A stretch of 64,000 nucleotides of DNA, taken from positions 4,279 through 68,278 of the forward strand of contig JBAZYD010000009.1 in NCBI GenBank assembly GCA_041659465.1, given 5' to 3'. This stretch comes from Candidatus Micrarchaeia archaeon. GTDB taxonomy: Archaea; Micrarchaeota; Micrarchaeia; Anstonellales; Anstonellaceae. The position numbers and the translations under genes are program-made. Below, piece after piece: positions 8,728-18,054 of the stretch. The notes under the pieces are model-generated. The model was not told the origin of the DNA. It was given only the letters and a program-made list of their open reading frames with translations, and did not search any database. Each line of letters opens with the position of its first letter. Within the stretch, counting starts at the first letter, position 1.

Positions 8728-9390
8728 CTACCCCAAGCGCTTTTTTACCTTGTCGGGCGCATTTGCGATTGCAACACCCAGTGCATTTCCCGCAGCCTCA
8801 ATGCGCGCGGCAAACACGACATAGTCATCGACTTCCTGCTTTACGTCTTCCACGCTGAGCAAGTACACGGCGCAAAGCTTCAAATTCAGCCTGAATGCCG
8901 CATCCCCCTCGGCGAATGGGCGTGCAGACACATAGCTATTCACTGCTTTTGAATAATCCCCTGCCTTGATATGGGCATTCCCCGCCAGTACATGATAATC
9001 GAGCTTCATGGTGCCTGACGCCGCAATGTCGTCGGCCGCGGCCCGTTTGCCGCTAAACTTGGCTTCCATGGCAAGCGCCCCCATGTTATAGGCCATTTTG
9101 TCATAGATATCGCCCGCTTTTCCGGGCTTGCCGGTTTTCATGTAAAGCTTTGCCAGCGACTCGGCGGCATTGAGCCATTTGAAATTGCGCCTTTCCTCTT
9201 TTGCGCGCCATCTGAGCTGGCGGTTGCTCCCGTTGGCGCTGTTTTTTGCAATCTCGCCCGCACGGATGGTGCGGAATTCGAAAAATTCTGATATTGTTTT
9301 CTGGAACGGCTGGGGCCAGGCGGTCTTTGCCAGCTTCAGGAAGGCTTTCTGAGAATCAGTGCGAGTTTCCGGTTTCACAATCTTGAGCAT
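8728..9390 (-). CDS. Hypothetical protein (possible TPR-like repeats)
   Basis: ATG 9390 preceded by GGTGG. The upstream part of the 396-aa ORF is R/P-rich and overlaps the next gene, so it was trimmed. Confidence 0.5.
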   Translation of the reverse strand: MLKIVKPETRTDSQKAFLKLAKTAWPQPFQKTISEFFEFRTIRAGEIAKNSANGSNRQLRWRAKEERRNFKWLNAAESLAKLYMKTGKPGKAGDIYDKMAYNMGALAMEAKFSGKRAAADDIAASGTMKLDYHVLAGNAHIKAGDYSKAVNSYVSARPFAEGDAAFRLNLKLCAVYLLSVEDVKQEVDDYVVFAARIEAAGNALGVAIANAPDKVKKRLG

Positions 9391-9506
9391 CCCACCACCT
9401 GCGCTTTTAGTGTGGGGAAGGATATAAAAACGTACTGGCAGACACAGCCGAAAGGGATTCTTCAGGCAGGCGGCTTTGGCTGTCCCTGCGCAGGCGGGGA
9501 GGGCGC

Positions 9507-9902
9507 CTATTCCTTCTTTTCCTGCTGTGGCGCAGATGGAGCGGGTTGCGCTGGAGAGGCAGGCACAGCCATCTTTGGTTTTTCTTTCGGCAAATACTGC
9601 TTGAAGTAGGGCATGTGCCAGAGCGCATGGCAGGCGCCGATGATGACGAACACTGTCCCGAATTCCACGTGCCAGAATATGACGTCTATCTGCCTTGGCA
9701 GGAGGTCCAGGCTGTAGTCCAGCATGAGAAGGTAGAAGATGGCCGAAATCGCAGTCAATACGAATGCGGTTACAAGGAGGGCGTTCCAAATCTTGCGGTG
9801 CAGGAGCACGTCCAGGTATTTGCCCTGGCGGGAAAGGAACAGGGAGACAAGATAAATTGCGATGAGCGCGCCTGCGATTGGCAGGGTGTTGTAGATTGCC
9901 AT
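9507..9902 (-). CDS. Integral membrane protein (hypothetical)
   Basis: Several TM spans, conserved His residues (WHVEFG..ACHALWHM), Pro/Ala/Gln-rich tail. Confidence 0.55.
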   Translation of the reverse strand: MAIYNTLPIAGALIAIYLVSLFLSRQGKYLDVLLHRKIWNALLVTAFVLTAISAIFYLLMLDYSLDLLPRQIDVIFWHVEFGTVFVIIGACHALWHMPYFKQYLPKEKPKMAVPASPAQPAPSAPQQEKKE

Positions 9903-9939
9903 GGGCGGAAAATGCCATGCAAGCATTTTATTCTTTCCT

Positions 9940-10203
9940 ATGCCATCTTTTCACATGGGAATTGGGCTTTATCTTGCGCTTGCAGCGTCCGTTTTCATAG
10001 CCTACATCCTGTTCCACATGACGCGCAGGTTCGTTACGCTCGTTTTCCACGGGATTTTCGGGCTTGTCGTTTTCTGGCTGTTCAACTACTTCGGCGTGCT
10101 CCGCGTGCCGCTTGACTTTGTCACGTTCATAATCGCCGCAATCGGCGGCGTGCTGGGCGTGGCATTGGTCGTCGTCTTCTCAGCAATGGGAATTCCGCTG
10201 TAG
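9940..10203 (+). CDS. Small membrane protein, BofA-like (tentative)
   Basis: 87 aa, three hydrophobic helices, GVLRVPLDFVTFIIAAIGGVLGVALVVV. The family assignment is tentative. Confidence 0.5.
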   Translation: MPSFHMGIGLYLALAASVFIAYILFHMTRRFVTLVFHGIFGLVVFWLFNYFGVLRVPLDFVTFIIAAIGGVLGVALVVVFSAMGIPL

Positions 10204-10295
10204 GCACGCCGCTTTTGCCCTCGTCGTCTTGTTCTCAGCATTGGGAATTCCGTTATAAATCTGACTGCGGAATATTGCCCGGAGAGGTGTATTGA

Positions 10296-11111
10296 ATGGC
10301 AGTTCTGGATTTTTGCCTTCCGGCAATAGTGGTAGGCGGGATTATACTCATCCCGATGGTAGTGCGCGTGATTTACCAATACGAGCGCGGCGTGATGTTC
10401 CAGCTTGGAAAGTACATCGGCATGCGCGAGCCCGGGCTTGTGATAGTCATCCCCATCCTGCAGGACATGCGCAAGGTGGACATAAGAATTCTCACGCTTG
10501 ACATACCGAAGCAGTCGGTGATGACAAAGGACAACGTCCCTGTTTCGGTGAACGGCGTGGTCTACTTCAAGGTGGCAAAGCCCGAGGACGCGCTCATCAA
10601 GATACAGAACTATGAGTACGCCATGAGCCAGTATGCGCAGACCGCTTTGCGTGACGTGGTGGGCGCAATGTCGCTTGACGATGTGCTTTCCGAGCGCACC
10701 ATGATTGGCAATAAGATTCGCGACACCGTGGACGAGGGCACCAAGGACTGGGGGCTGGACGTCACGGATATCAAGCTTCAGGACGTGGAAGTGCCTGACG
10801 ACTTGAAGAAGATGATGAGCAGGCAGGCATCCGCGGAGAGGGAGAAGCGCGCCACCATCATAAAAGCAGAGGGAGACAAGATGGCATCGCAGAACCTTGC
10901 GGACGCCGCGCGCACCATGAACTCGGTGCCGGGCGGCATGCAGCTGCGTGTGCTTCAGACGCTGGACGGGCTGGGACCGACCGCATCGAATACCGTGGTC
11001 ATCCCGCTGCCGCTTGACCTTCTGGACGGCTTCAAGCAGATTGCCGAAGCACTCAAGGAGGCGAACACGGCAAGGGACAGCTACAAGAAGGGCAGGAAGA
11101 AAATAGAGTAG
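10296..11111 (+). CDS. SPFH/band-7 (stomatin/prohibitin-like) protein
   Basis: N-terminal TM, YERGVMFQLGKY..VDIRILTLDIP.Q.VMTKDNV.V.V..VVYF.V, C-terminal ASAEREKRATIIKAEGD. Confidence 0.9.
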   Translation: MAVLDFCLPAIVVGGIILIPMVVRVIYQYERGVMFQLGKYIGMREPGLVIVIPILQDMRKVDIRILTLDIPKQSVMTKDNVPVSVNGVVYFKVAKPEDALIKIQNYEYAMSQYAQTALRDVVGAMSLDDVLSERTMIGNKIRDTVDEGTKDWGLDVTDIKLQDVEVPDDLKKMMSRQASAEREKRATIIKAEGDKMASQNLADAARTMNSVPGGMQLRVLQTLDGLGPTASNTVVIPLPLDLLDGFKQIAEALKEANTARDSYKKGRKKIE

Positions 11112-11117
11112 ATGCCC

Positions 11118-11160
11118 TTCTTTTTTTCTGTTTTTTTGTTTTCTTTATTTTTTGTTTTCT
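11118..11160 (+). terminator. Oligo-T terminator region
   Basis: cttctttttttctgtttttttgttttctttattttttgttttctt immediately after the stomatin stop. Confidence 0.55.
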
Positions 11161-11184
11161 TATCATTGAAAATGAGTGGTGAAT

Positions 11185-11661
11185 ATGGAATGGAAAAAAC
11201 CGGTTTGCAGGTTGTGCGATAAGGCTATCGAAAAGATAGCTGATGCCGTTTATTTGGGACCGACACTGCACGGAGACATCTACAGCCATGTTGCGTGTTA
11301 TGCCAAGAAACTCGAGGCGGAGGCGCGCGTCTCGCTGAAGTATAATGCCATCCCACTCAGAGGCGGTTTGGGCAGGGCGATTGCCAAACATGACCTTTTG
11401 GGCACTGTTGATGATGCGAAAAGCGGCAACCGAGAAAAGCTGCAGCGGCAGGCATCTAGGTTTTACCCTTATGGCATCGTGCTGGGACTAGTGCTATCAT
11501 GCCTGGGAGCAGCAGGGATTGCCGCAAGCAGGGCAAATGCAACAGTGCTTATGGCAGCAGCAGTTTTTCTATTGATGGGAATTCTTCTGCTTGCAGCAGG
11601 CACCATAGGCGTATTGAAGACACGGCAGCTTGAGAGGCAGGTGAAAAAGAATAACTCCTAA
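11185..11661 (+). CDS. Hypothetical protein: N-terminal Cys/His cluster (zinc-ribbon-like) plus C-terminal TM helices
   Basis: CRLCDKAIEK..HGDIYSHVACY, then two hydrophobic spans. GGTGA RBS before ATG 11185. Confidence 0.55.
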   Translation: MEWKKPVCRLCDKAIEKIADAVYLGPTLHGDIYSHVACYAKKLEAEARVSLKYNAIPLRGGLGRAIAKHDLLGTVDDAKSGNREKLQRQASRFYPYGIVLGLVLSCLGAAGIAASRANATVLMAAAVFLLMGILLLAAGTIGVLKTRQLERQVKKNNS

Positions 11662-11676
11662 GAAGAAACAGATTTT

Positions 11677-11847
11677 TTATTTTTTCTTTTTCGTGTATGG
11701 CACATAGCCCATAATGCTCAGTGAAAATAGGACAACTATTGTTATTCCGACTAGCAACCATTGATGAATAATCATGAATACACCAGTCATGATTGGCAAA
11801 AGGTAAACAAGGATTTTTCCAGCCTTTTCTTTTGTTTTTTCGTCCAT
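11677..11847 (-). CDS. Small (56 aa) two-helix membrane protein, not in the ORF track
   Basis: Own translation: MDEKTKEKAGKILVYLLPIMTGVFMIIHQWLLVGITIVVLFSLSIMGYVPYTKKKK*. GGTGAT RBS 4 nt (ttcc) upstream of the ATG. Confidence 0.4.
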   Translation of the reverse strand: MDEKTKEKAGKILVYLLPIMTGVFMIIHQWLLVGITIVVLFSLSIMGYVPYTKKKK

Positions 11848-11860
11848 CGGAATCACCCAC

Positions 11861-12259
11861 TTAGACTATTTCAGCATTCCCTTTCGTCCCGTCCACTCTC
11901 ACGCGCATGCCGCCTTTTATTTTCGCGTAAGCCCCATTTTCCAATTTGTCAACCATGGGAATGCGCGCGATGATTGCCCCCACCGCGATGATGGGCTCTG
12001 CCTCTTCATTGATGATGGCGACGGGCGCGCAATTGTTCTTTTTCAGCTGGAGCAGAACATACGAGCCCACAGTGGAGCCTTTGCCGCGCGGGAAGACGAG
12101 CACCTTTCCTGCAATGCACTTGCCTTCAAGCGCGTGTCCCTTGTCAATGACAATGCCCGTCTTTGGGTCCACGCCGCCGAAAAAGGAGATGGCATCGGCA
12201 CTAACCAAGGCTTCACCCTCACCAATTCCGCGGGAAATGCTTCTTGCCTTTATTTGCAT
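11861..12259 (-). CDS. AcnX-type (DUF126) small subunit, putative phosphomevalonate dehydratase small subunit
   Basis: GIGEGEALVS.D.ISFFGGVDPKTG.V.D..H...G....GKVLVFP.GKGSTVGSYVL is the DUF126 swivel-domain signature. Overlaps the large-subunit stop. Confidence 0.8.
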   Translation of the reverse strand: MQIKARSISRGIGEGEALVSADAISFFGGVDPKTGIVIDKGHALEGKCIAGKVLVFPRGKGSTVGSYVLLQLKKNNCAPVAIINEEAEPIIAVGAIIARIPMVDKLENGAYAKIKGGMRVRVDGTKGNAEIV

Positions 12260-13431
12260 ACAATATCCTCTACGTCACCATACACGACTTTCCTCTTGAA
12301 CATGTTTGTGTGATACTTGGCAGCCTTGCCCGAGTTGCACGCAGCGTGCCTTATGCCCATTTCCTCAAGAGGGCAGACCACCATGCAGGTGTCCGCCACC
12401 ACGTTTCCGCCTGCCTGCTCGATGGCGCGTGTGAAGCCTGCCTTGTCCGCTGCTTCCTTTGTCTTGCGCGCGGTGCAGACCCAGAGTTTTGTTTGCAGCT
12501 TCTTGCCGCGCACTTTTGCAGCCACTTCCTCAATCTCTGCAAGCGAGGCGTGCGGGCAGCCGATTGCAATGATGTCTGGCTTGCCGTCCCCTCCCATTTT
12601 TTCGCGCATTTCTGCAAGCTCCTTCTTGCCAAATGAGATTTCCTCAGCGCCGCTCGTCACATTCCATTCAGGAGTAATGCCTTTCATGAAATAGATTGCA
12701 GCCGAGCCCCAGGCAGCCATGGAGGCGCCCAGTGATTTTAGCCTGTCCTCTGACGCCGCCTTAACGCCCACAAAGGCAGGCGTCTTGCCTTTTGCCGCCT
12801 CGCTAATGTATGCGCCCATTGCGCCAAAGTCGGATGTTCCTTTAAGTGGCACGTCCACTTTCACGAGAAGATTCGCCACCCTGTTCTCGTCAAGATGCAG
12901 CCCATAATTGGGCGTGCAGCCACAAATCGCTGCTGCCAACGCAGATGGCCCTCCCTCGCGGTTGGTGCGCGCGCCAAGTACGGAGTTTGCAAATGAGATG
13001 GCTGAGCTTTCTGACCACGCTATATGTTCGCCAAGCATTGGGCGGATGCCCACTAAATACGGCGTGCAGGTGCAGGTGGAGGAAATGCCCATCTTGGAAA
13101 ACGCCGCGAGTATTTCCAGCTGCTTTTTTGCAAATGCAGGGGGCACTTTGAGCGCTTGCCACTGTTCCCTGTCCATGCCGGCAGGGTTAAGGAAGGTGGG
13201 AATGCGCACCTTTGCCCCGAGGGATGCGGCATCCTGCAAATATTCCAAGCCAGCCTCGCCGATTGTCTTGTAGGAGACGCCCGCCACCTGGGCGGATGTT
13301 ATGGGCACCATGTCGCGCGCGCCATAAATCTTGCCAAGCGCGGCTAGGATTTCCATTGACTGGCGGCAGGCTTCGCCTTGCTCGCCATTGAGCATGGATT
13401 GCTGTTCGGATGTAAGCTGCATAAATGTCAC
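12250..13431 (-). CDS. AcnX-type (DUF521) large subunit, putative phosphomevalonate dehydratase large subunit
   Basis: 393 aa. ..ITSAQVAGVSY..IPTFLNPAGMD..STCTCTPYL..IAWSESSAISFANSVLGARTNREGGPSALAAAICG.TP.YGLH is an aconitase-X family pattern. Confidence 0.85.
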   Translation of the reverse strand: MTFMQLTSEQQSMLNGEQGEACRQSMEILAALGKIYGARDMVPITSAQVAGVSYKTIGEAGLEYLQDAASLGAKVRIPTFLNPAGMDREQWQALKVPPAFAKKQLEILAAFSKMGISSTCTCTPYLVGIRPMLGEHIAWSESSAISFANSVLGARTNREGGPSALAAAICGCTPNYGLHLDENRVANLLVKVDVPLKGTSDFGAMGAYISEAAKGKTPAFVGVKAASEDRLKSLGASMAAWGSAAIYFMKGITPEWNVTSGAEEISFGKKELAEMREKMGGDGKPDIIAIGCPHASLAEIEEVAAKVRGKKLQTKLWVCTARKTKEAADKAGFTRAIEQAGGNVVADTCMVVCPLEEMGIRHAACNSGKAAKYHTNMFKRKVVYGDVEDIVCK

Positions 13432-15017
13432 TTCTTTTTTTTCTTCACAGGTATGTTAAAAATGGAAGCGTCAAGCCCTCCTTTTTCTTCAAGCTCGGAG
13501 TTTATGTGGTCGAGCAGTATTTTCTTGAGGCGCGCGTATTCCTCTTTCCCCACCTGCTCATTGCAGAATGCGTGCGAGAGCGCCTTTGTGTTGAAGCAGA
13601 ACATGGCGTCGCTCACGTTTTCGCAGTTGTGGCAGAAGAACGAGTTTCTTGACGAGTAGGAGCAGTCCACTTCAAAGCAGCCCTTGAGATTGGTGGAGTC
13701 GAATATGTTTATGCAGAACTGGGACTGCAGGAGCCTAAAAGCCCCGCCGAAGATGTGCTCGGACTTTATCACCCCGGAAGAGTATGCCGCGTATTTCGAG
13801 TCCGTGGTGTCCACTATCTTGTAGATTACGCTGCCGCCATACAGGTTGGGCGTATCCACGCACCTGTCATTCACGCCATCGATGAATTCCACGGAGAAGC
13901 GCGCCACTTTTGCCACGCGGGAAAGCGCCTCGCCAAGCGTAAGCTCCTCGCCCGGAGTTATTTCTATAGGGTGCTTTTCCGACCATTCGGCTGCGTCCGC
14001 ATTCGCCAGCAGCCTGTCCGCAGGCATGTCACGTATGATAGGGAACATGCCGACCTTGAAAGTGGGCGCGCCGTTCGCGCCTTTCACTTTCTTCACAGGC
14101 ATGGCGCGCTTCAGAAGCCAAGGCCCGAAGCGCCTGATGTTCTGGTGCTCCTTGCCAAGCACGATGCGCGCGGTGGAACGGAAAGCGTCCTCTATCTTTG
14201 GCGGCGGGGGGCTGTCAAAGGCGATTTCATCCTCCGGCACGTCTTTTTTGTCCCTGCCAAAGTAGGCGATGTCTGCAACCGAGAACAGGCGCTTCTTCCT
14301 GCGGAGCTCGTCCGCCATTTCGGTCACCAGCTTCTTTTTCAGGCGCATGAATTCGTCCTTGGGAAGCTCGAGATTGCCGATGACATGGCGCTTGGAATGA
14401 AGATTGAAAGCAAATATGCAATTCGAGCACCCAACGCAGTTGAAAGCATAGTACATGTCCGCAAGGTTGGTGCCGTAGTAGGTCTCGAAGCAGCGATTCG
14501 CCCCAACGCCATCGCACATCCTCATGCCGAATTGCGTCTTGGGAAAGCCGAACACGCCAAACACATATTCTGACTCGCGCAGTGTGGAGGCATAGGCTCC
14601 GTATTTCACGTTGAACAGGCTGTGGCTGTGGAAAATCGAGGCGCAGTCCACACAGCTGTCAGCCTCGAACACATCGGTGTTCCTGCCGAAAAGCTTGTTG
14701 CCGCAGAAAACCGCGCGCTCGGAAGCCGCCGCAAAAAGCGAGTCAATGTCCTTTATCTCGTTCACGGAAAGCGGCGCGAATTTCAGCATGCCGATTTCGT
14801 CCTGGGAAATGAATTTCGCGCCCTTCGGGTAGAAATGGTTTGAGAGCATGACTGGCTTGCCTGAGACGGATGAGCGCGCCATCTGGTATGGGAACATCAT
14901 TTCCTCAAAGTAGGGCGCAAACTCGTTCAGCTCGCCTATTTCCTCGCCGAAAATGACTTTAGAGGTTGCCTTGAATGCCTCGTTGAGGTCCATGAAATCA
15001 CAAATACTTTTCTGCAT
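13428..15017 (-). CDS. Uncharacterised Cys-rich repeat protein embedded in the mevalonate operon
   Basis: 529 aa. Repeated Cys motifs (CVDCASIF, NCVGCSNCIFAFN, CHNCENVSDAMFCFN). Start overlaps the UbiD stop by 20 nt and stop overlaps the AcnX start by 4 nt. No family recognised. Confidence 0.75.
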   Translation of the reverse strand: MQKSICDFMDLNEAFKATSKVIFGEEIGELNEFAPYFEEMMFPYQMARSSVSGKPVMLSNHFYPKGAKFISQDEIGMLKFAPLSVNEIKDIDSLFAAASERAVFCGNKLFGRNTDVFEADSCVDCASIFHSHSLFNVKYGAYASTLRESEYVFGVFGFPKTQFGMRMCDGVGANRCFETYYGTNLADMYYAFNCVGCSNCIFAFNLHSKRHVIGNLELPKDEFMRLKKKLVTEMADELRRKKRLFSVADIAYFGRDKKDVPEDEIAFDSPPPPKIEDAFRSTARIVLGKEHQNIRRFGPWLLKRAMPVKKVKGANGAPTFKVGMFPIIRDMPADRLLANADAAEWSEKHPIEITPGEELTLGEALSRVAKVARFSVEFIDGVNDRCVDTPNLYGGSVIYKIVDTTDSKYAAYSSGVIKSEHIFGGAFRLLQSQFCINIFDSTNLKGCFEVDCSYSSRNSFFCHNCENVSDAMFCFNTKALSHAFCNEQVGKEEYARLKKILLDHINSELEEKGGLDASIFNIPVKKKKK

Positions 15018-16320
15018 CTACCTTCATCCACTTTGCCTTTTCAAAATCCTTCCCGTGCGCGACCAATGGGCGCGTGGCGTCAATACCCATCTTTGCGGTT
15101 GCATATGTGTGCGCGTCAGCGGAGGGGTCAAGCGAGGAGCCTTTCTGCCCGCGTAGGATGGTCACATCTTTGTCCGCCTGCACGCGCGTGGCAATTGCCC
15201 ATTCCACCGAAGCGGGCGAGTAGATGTCAATGTCGTCGTCCACTACAACGACGTGCTTGAGGGACTTGTGCCCGGCAAATGCGGCGGTTATCGCGCGCTT
15301 GCCATCGTCCTCTTTCGCCTTTTTGATGCCAACGACCGCATGCAGCCAGGAGCAGCCGCCAGGTGTGATGTTCACGCCCGTGCAGTGCGCCACGTTGTTC
15401 ACTTCATTGTAAATGGTAGGCTCGCGGGGCATGCCCATCAGTATCTTGTGCTCCAATGCGCCTGGCAGCAGCACGTGCCAGATGGGGTCGCGCTGATGGC
15501 GTATGCGCGTTATCTTCATAACCTGCTGCTTGCGCACCACGTCATAAGTCTCGGTAAGGTCCACAAACGGCCCTTCATCGGCAAGCTCGCGCGTGATTTT
15601 GCCTTCGAAAACGAATTCCGCGTCCGCAGGCACTTCAATGCCGTTTTCAAGCTTCACGGTGCGGAGATGAGCAAGGGAGTTTGCGATTGTGGTTTCGTCC
15701 TTGCCTATTTCAATCGAGCATGCAGAGGCAAGCAGGAAGTTTATGGGTGCGCCGACCACGAAGGCAACGTCCAGCTCGCCCCCAGCGCGCTTGATGAATT
15801 CGTCAAGGTGCCGATGAAGTATTCTCACCACTACCCGGTCTTTGCCGATTACCATCATCCTGTGGAAGGAGCAGTTCTGCCCTAATTCCTTGTCGCGCGC
15901 AATCACCACTGCGGATGAAAAATATGCCCCGCCGTCCTTTTCAGCGTGCCAGGGGATGGGAAGCTTGCTCAAATCTACAGGCATATCCACCTCAAGAACA
16001 GGCGCATCATTTGCATCGATAAGCTCAGGCTCGGACGGCTTGTTTATTGCAGAGATGAGCGCAGGAATGAGTTCTTCGCGCGTGATGCCAAGATATTCGC
16101 AGATGAGCTCGCGCGTGCAAAATACATTGCCCGCCACCTTTGCGCCAGGAAGCTCTGCCACGCGCTCGGTGTAGACCGGCTTGCCATCAAATGCAGCCAT
16201 CACGCCTGCAAGCTCGAGCTTGAGCGAGGCAGGCTTTTTCAGCTCCACTGCCTTGCCCTCTTTCCTAATCGTTTCAATAAAATTGCGGAATGTCGCGCCT
16301 TGCCTCTTCACTTGCCCCAC
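14998..16320 (-). CDS. ubiD: UbiD-family decarboxylase, likely anhydromevalonate phosphate decarboxylase
   Basis: 440 aa. UbiD-like blocks (..CSFHRMMVIG.DR..VRI..RHL.., EGPFVDLTETYD, VVVVDDDIDI). The function is inferred from its context with UbiX, AcnX and IPK. Confidence 0.8.
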   Translation of the reverse strand: MGQVKRQGATFRNFIETIRKEGKAVELKKPASLKLELAGVMAAFDGKPVYTERVAELPGAKVAGNVFCTRELICEYLGITREELIPALISAINKPSEPELIDANDAPVLEVDMPVDLSKLPIPWHAEKDGGAYFSSAVVIARDKELGQNCSFHRMMVIGKDRVVVRILHRHLDEFIKRAGGELDVAFVVGAPINFLLASACSIEIGKDETTIANSLAHLRTVKLENGIEVPADAEFVFEGKITRELADEGPFVDLTETYDVVRKQQVMKITRIRHQRDPIWHVLLPGALEHKILMGMPREPTIYNEVNNVAHCTGVNITPGGCSWLHAVVGIKKAKEDDGKRAITAAFAGHKSLKHVVVVDDDIDIYSPASVEWAIATRVQADKDVTILRGQKGSSLDPSADAHTYATAKMGIDATRPLVAHGKDFEKAKWMKVDAEKYL

Positions 16321-16841
16321 CTCTTGAAAAGCTTGTTTGGAATGCCTGCTGAATCGAGCGTTTTGCCCACCACAAAGTCAATCAAATCCCCTATTTTCTT
16401 TGGCTTGTGGTAAAAGCCAGGCGAGGCAGGAAGCACTATGCCGCCTGCGAGCGTCACTCGCTCCATGTTCTTGATTGTTATGAGAGAGTAAGGCGTTTCG
16501 CGCACCACTAGCACGAGCTTCCTGCGCTCCTTAAGGCACACTTCAGCCGCGCGCGTAATCAGGCTGCTGCCAACTCCGTTTGCTATCTCGCCCAAAGTCT
16601 TTAGCGAGCAGGGGCAGATGATGAGAGCGTCGGCTGCGCTTGAGCCTGAGGCAAAGGAACAGGAAAAGTCATTTTCGGAATAGTCTACAGCCGGAAGCTT
16701 CGCCCCTTCCGCCTTTGCCACCTTTTTCGCGCCTTCTGATACGACAACCGACACGTTTTGCTTGGAGGCGCGCAGCGCCTCCACTAGCCTGCTGCCATAT
16801 ATTATGCCCGATGCCCCTGTGATTGCCACGAGAATGCGCAT
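16308..16841 (-). CDS. ubiX: UbiX-type flavin prenyltransferase
   Basis: MRILVAITGASGIIYGSRLVEAL..ICPCS.KTLGEIANG....LITRAAEV.LKERR.LVLV.RETP. Start trimmed to ATG 16841. Confidence 0.88.
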   Translation of the reverse strand: MRILVAITGASGIIYGSRLVEALRASKQNVSVVVSEGAKKVAKAEGAKLPAVDYSENDFSCSFASGSSAADALIICPCSLKTLGEIANGVGSSLITRAAEVCLKERRKLVLVVRETPYSLITIKNMERVTLAGGIVLPASPGFYHKPKKIGDLIDFVVGKTLDSAGIPNKLFKRWGK

Positions 16842-17045
16842 GCTTTTTTTCTGCCGCGCTGTTTTATAAAATGGTAATATCCGAAATCCGCGTTGTGTGG
16901 TTTGATGGGAAATAAGAGTGCTTTGCAGCCCCGAACAGATGGGGCTCGGCGCGTAGTAGTGGTGAATTTCGATAATGTTTTTCACAACAGCAGGAAGATT
17001 ACGGAGTTTGCCGCAGCCAATGCATTCGAGCACACGCGAAACACC

Positions 17046-18011
17046 ATGGCGCATGGGAGGAAGGGCATTTTCGGAAAAATCATCACCCCGGAAGAATTCG
17101 CTGAAAAACGAAGGAACGAGGGCAATGATGGTGAAAATTTTGCAATCCTTAGGGCGTTTAGCGCCCTCGCCCCGCTTGCAGAAAGCCCGAAAGAGTATTA
17201 CAGCCTCATGCTCGCAATCGAGGACAGGCCAGTGCTTGCCGCTGCGGCTGCCATAGGAGATAGGGGATCAATCACCGCACTGAAGCAAACACTGAACAAC
17301 TCGAAGGCGCGGAATTTGCCGGAAAATGAAGCGTTCGCAGCTTTTTTCCAATTCTTCTCAGGGGGGAGAGCATATACAAAGGAAACTGAGTTTATGGGAA
17401 TGGGCGCATTGGAGCTGACTGGCCAGTGTGAGCCCTTGATGAAACTGAACGAGCCCATTCCGGGGGCATACCGGTACCTGTCAACCCTGAAAAACAGCGC
17501 CACGATTTACTTCTCGACCCAGGGAAGCCCTGAGTTTGCAGAGATGGTTTGCTTTGCGTGGGAGATATGGATCAAAATCTCGTTTGCCCTCAAATCCCCG
17601 TTCCAGGAGATGCACAAGAATGGGATTCTGGATGCCCAGATTAACGGCCCATTCCCGATAAACATCCCGACGGATTTGAGCCTGCTTTTAACTGAAGATG
17701 GAGACGCCAAGCTCTTTTCCAACAATCAGACTGAGAGGATAGTCTCATCCGTGGATGGAGATAAAGCGAAGCATATGCGGCTTGTAGCGGAAAGGGAAAA
17801 GCTCCCCTATGAAAACATTTGGCTGCTTGAAGGGAGCTACAACCGCCAGGTTTTTGCGGCGCTGCGCGAAAGCGGCTTCCGCAACATCGCAGTCGTTGAA
17901 AACAATCCTGGTTTGTTGAAGTGGAACTATGAAGAGGCAAGGCGCGATGGCGTGCCTGTGCTGAAGATGGATGACTCACCTGCTGATACCGGCCGCCTTT
18001 TAACCAAATAG
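17046..18011 (+). CDS. Hypothetical protein (C-terminal half faintly HAD-like)
   Basis: 321 aa from ATG 17046. The earlier ORF-track start overlaps ubiX. No confident family. Confidence 0.5.
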   Translation: MAHGRKGIFGKIITPEEFAEKRRNEGNDGENFAILRAFSALAPLAESPKEYYSLMLAIEDRPVLAAAAAIGDRGSITALKQTLNNSKARNLPENEAFAAFFQFFSGGRAYTKETEFMGMGALELTGQCEPLMKLNEPIPGAYRYLSTLKNSATIYFSTQGSPEFAEMVCFAWEIWIKISFALKSPFQEMHKNGILDAQINGPFPINIPTDLSLLLTEDGDAKLFSNNQTERIVSSVDGDKAKHMRLVAEREKLPYENIWLLEGSYNRQVFAALRESGFRNIAVVENNPGLLKWNYEEARRDGVPVLKMDDSPADTGRLLTK

Positions 18012-18054
18012 CCAGGCAAAAGACTTTTAAGCCCCTTCAGGCACAGCCTTGGCT

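Noticed and set aside
16893-17045. N-terminal extensions offered by the ORF track: 16893 start for orf17046, 17054 for ubiX, 50510 for grpE, 35020 for ogt, 37380 for lysK, 42962 for copA, 23887 and 28422 for island genes, 2503 for ribB.
   Set aside because: The extensions overlap neighbouring genes or promoter blocks and are R/P-rich. Internal ATGs preceded by GGTGAT/GGAGG-type RBS reproduce the canonical family N-termini.
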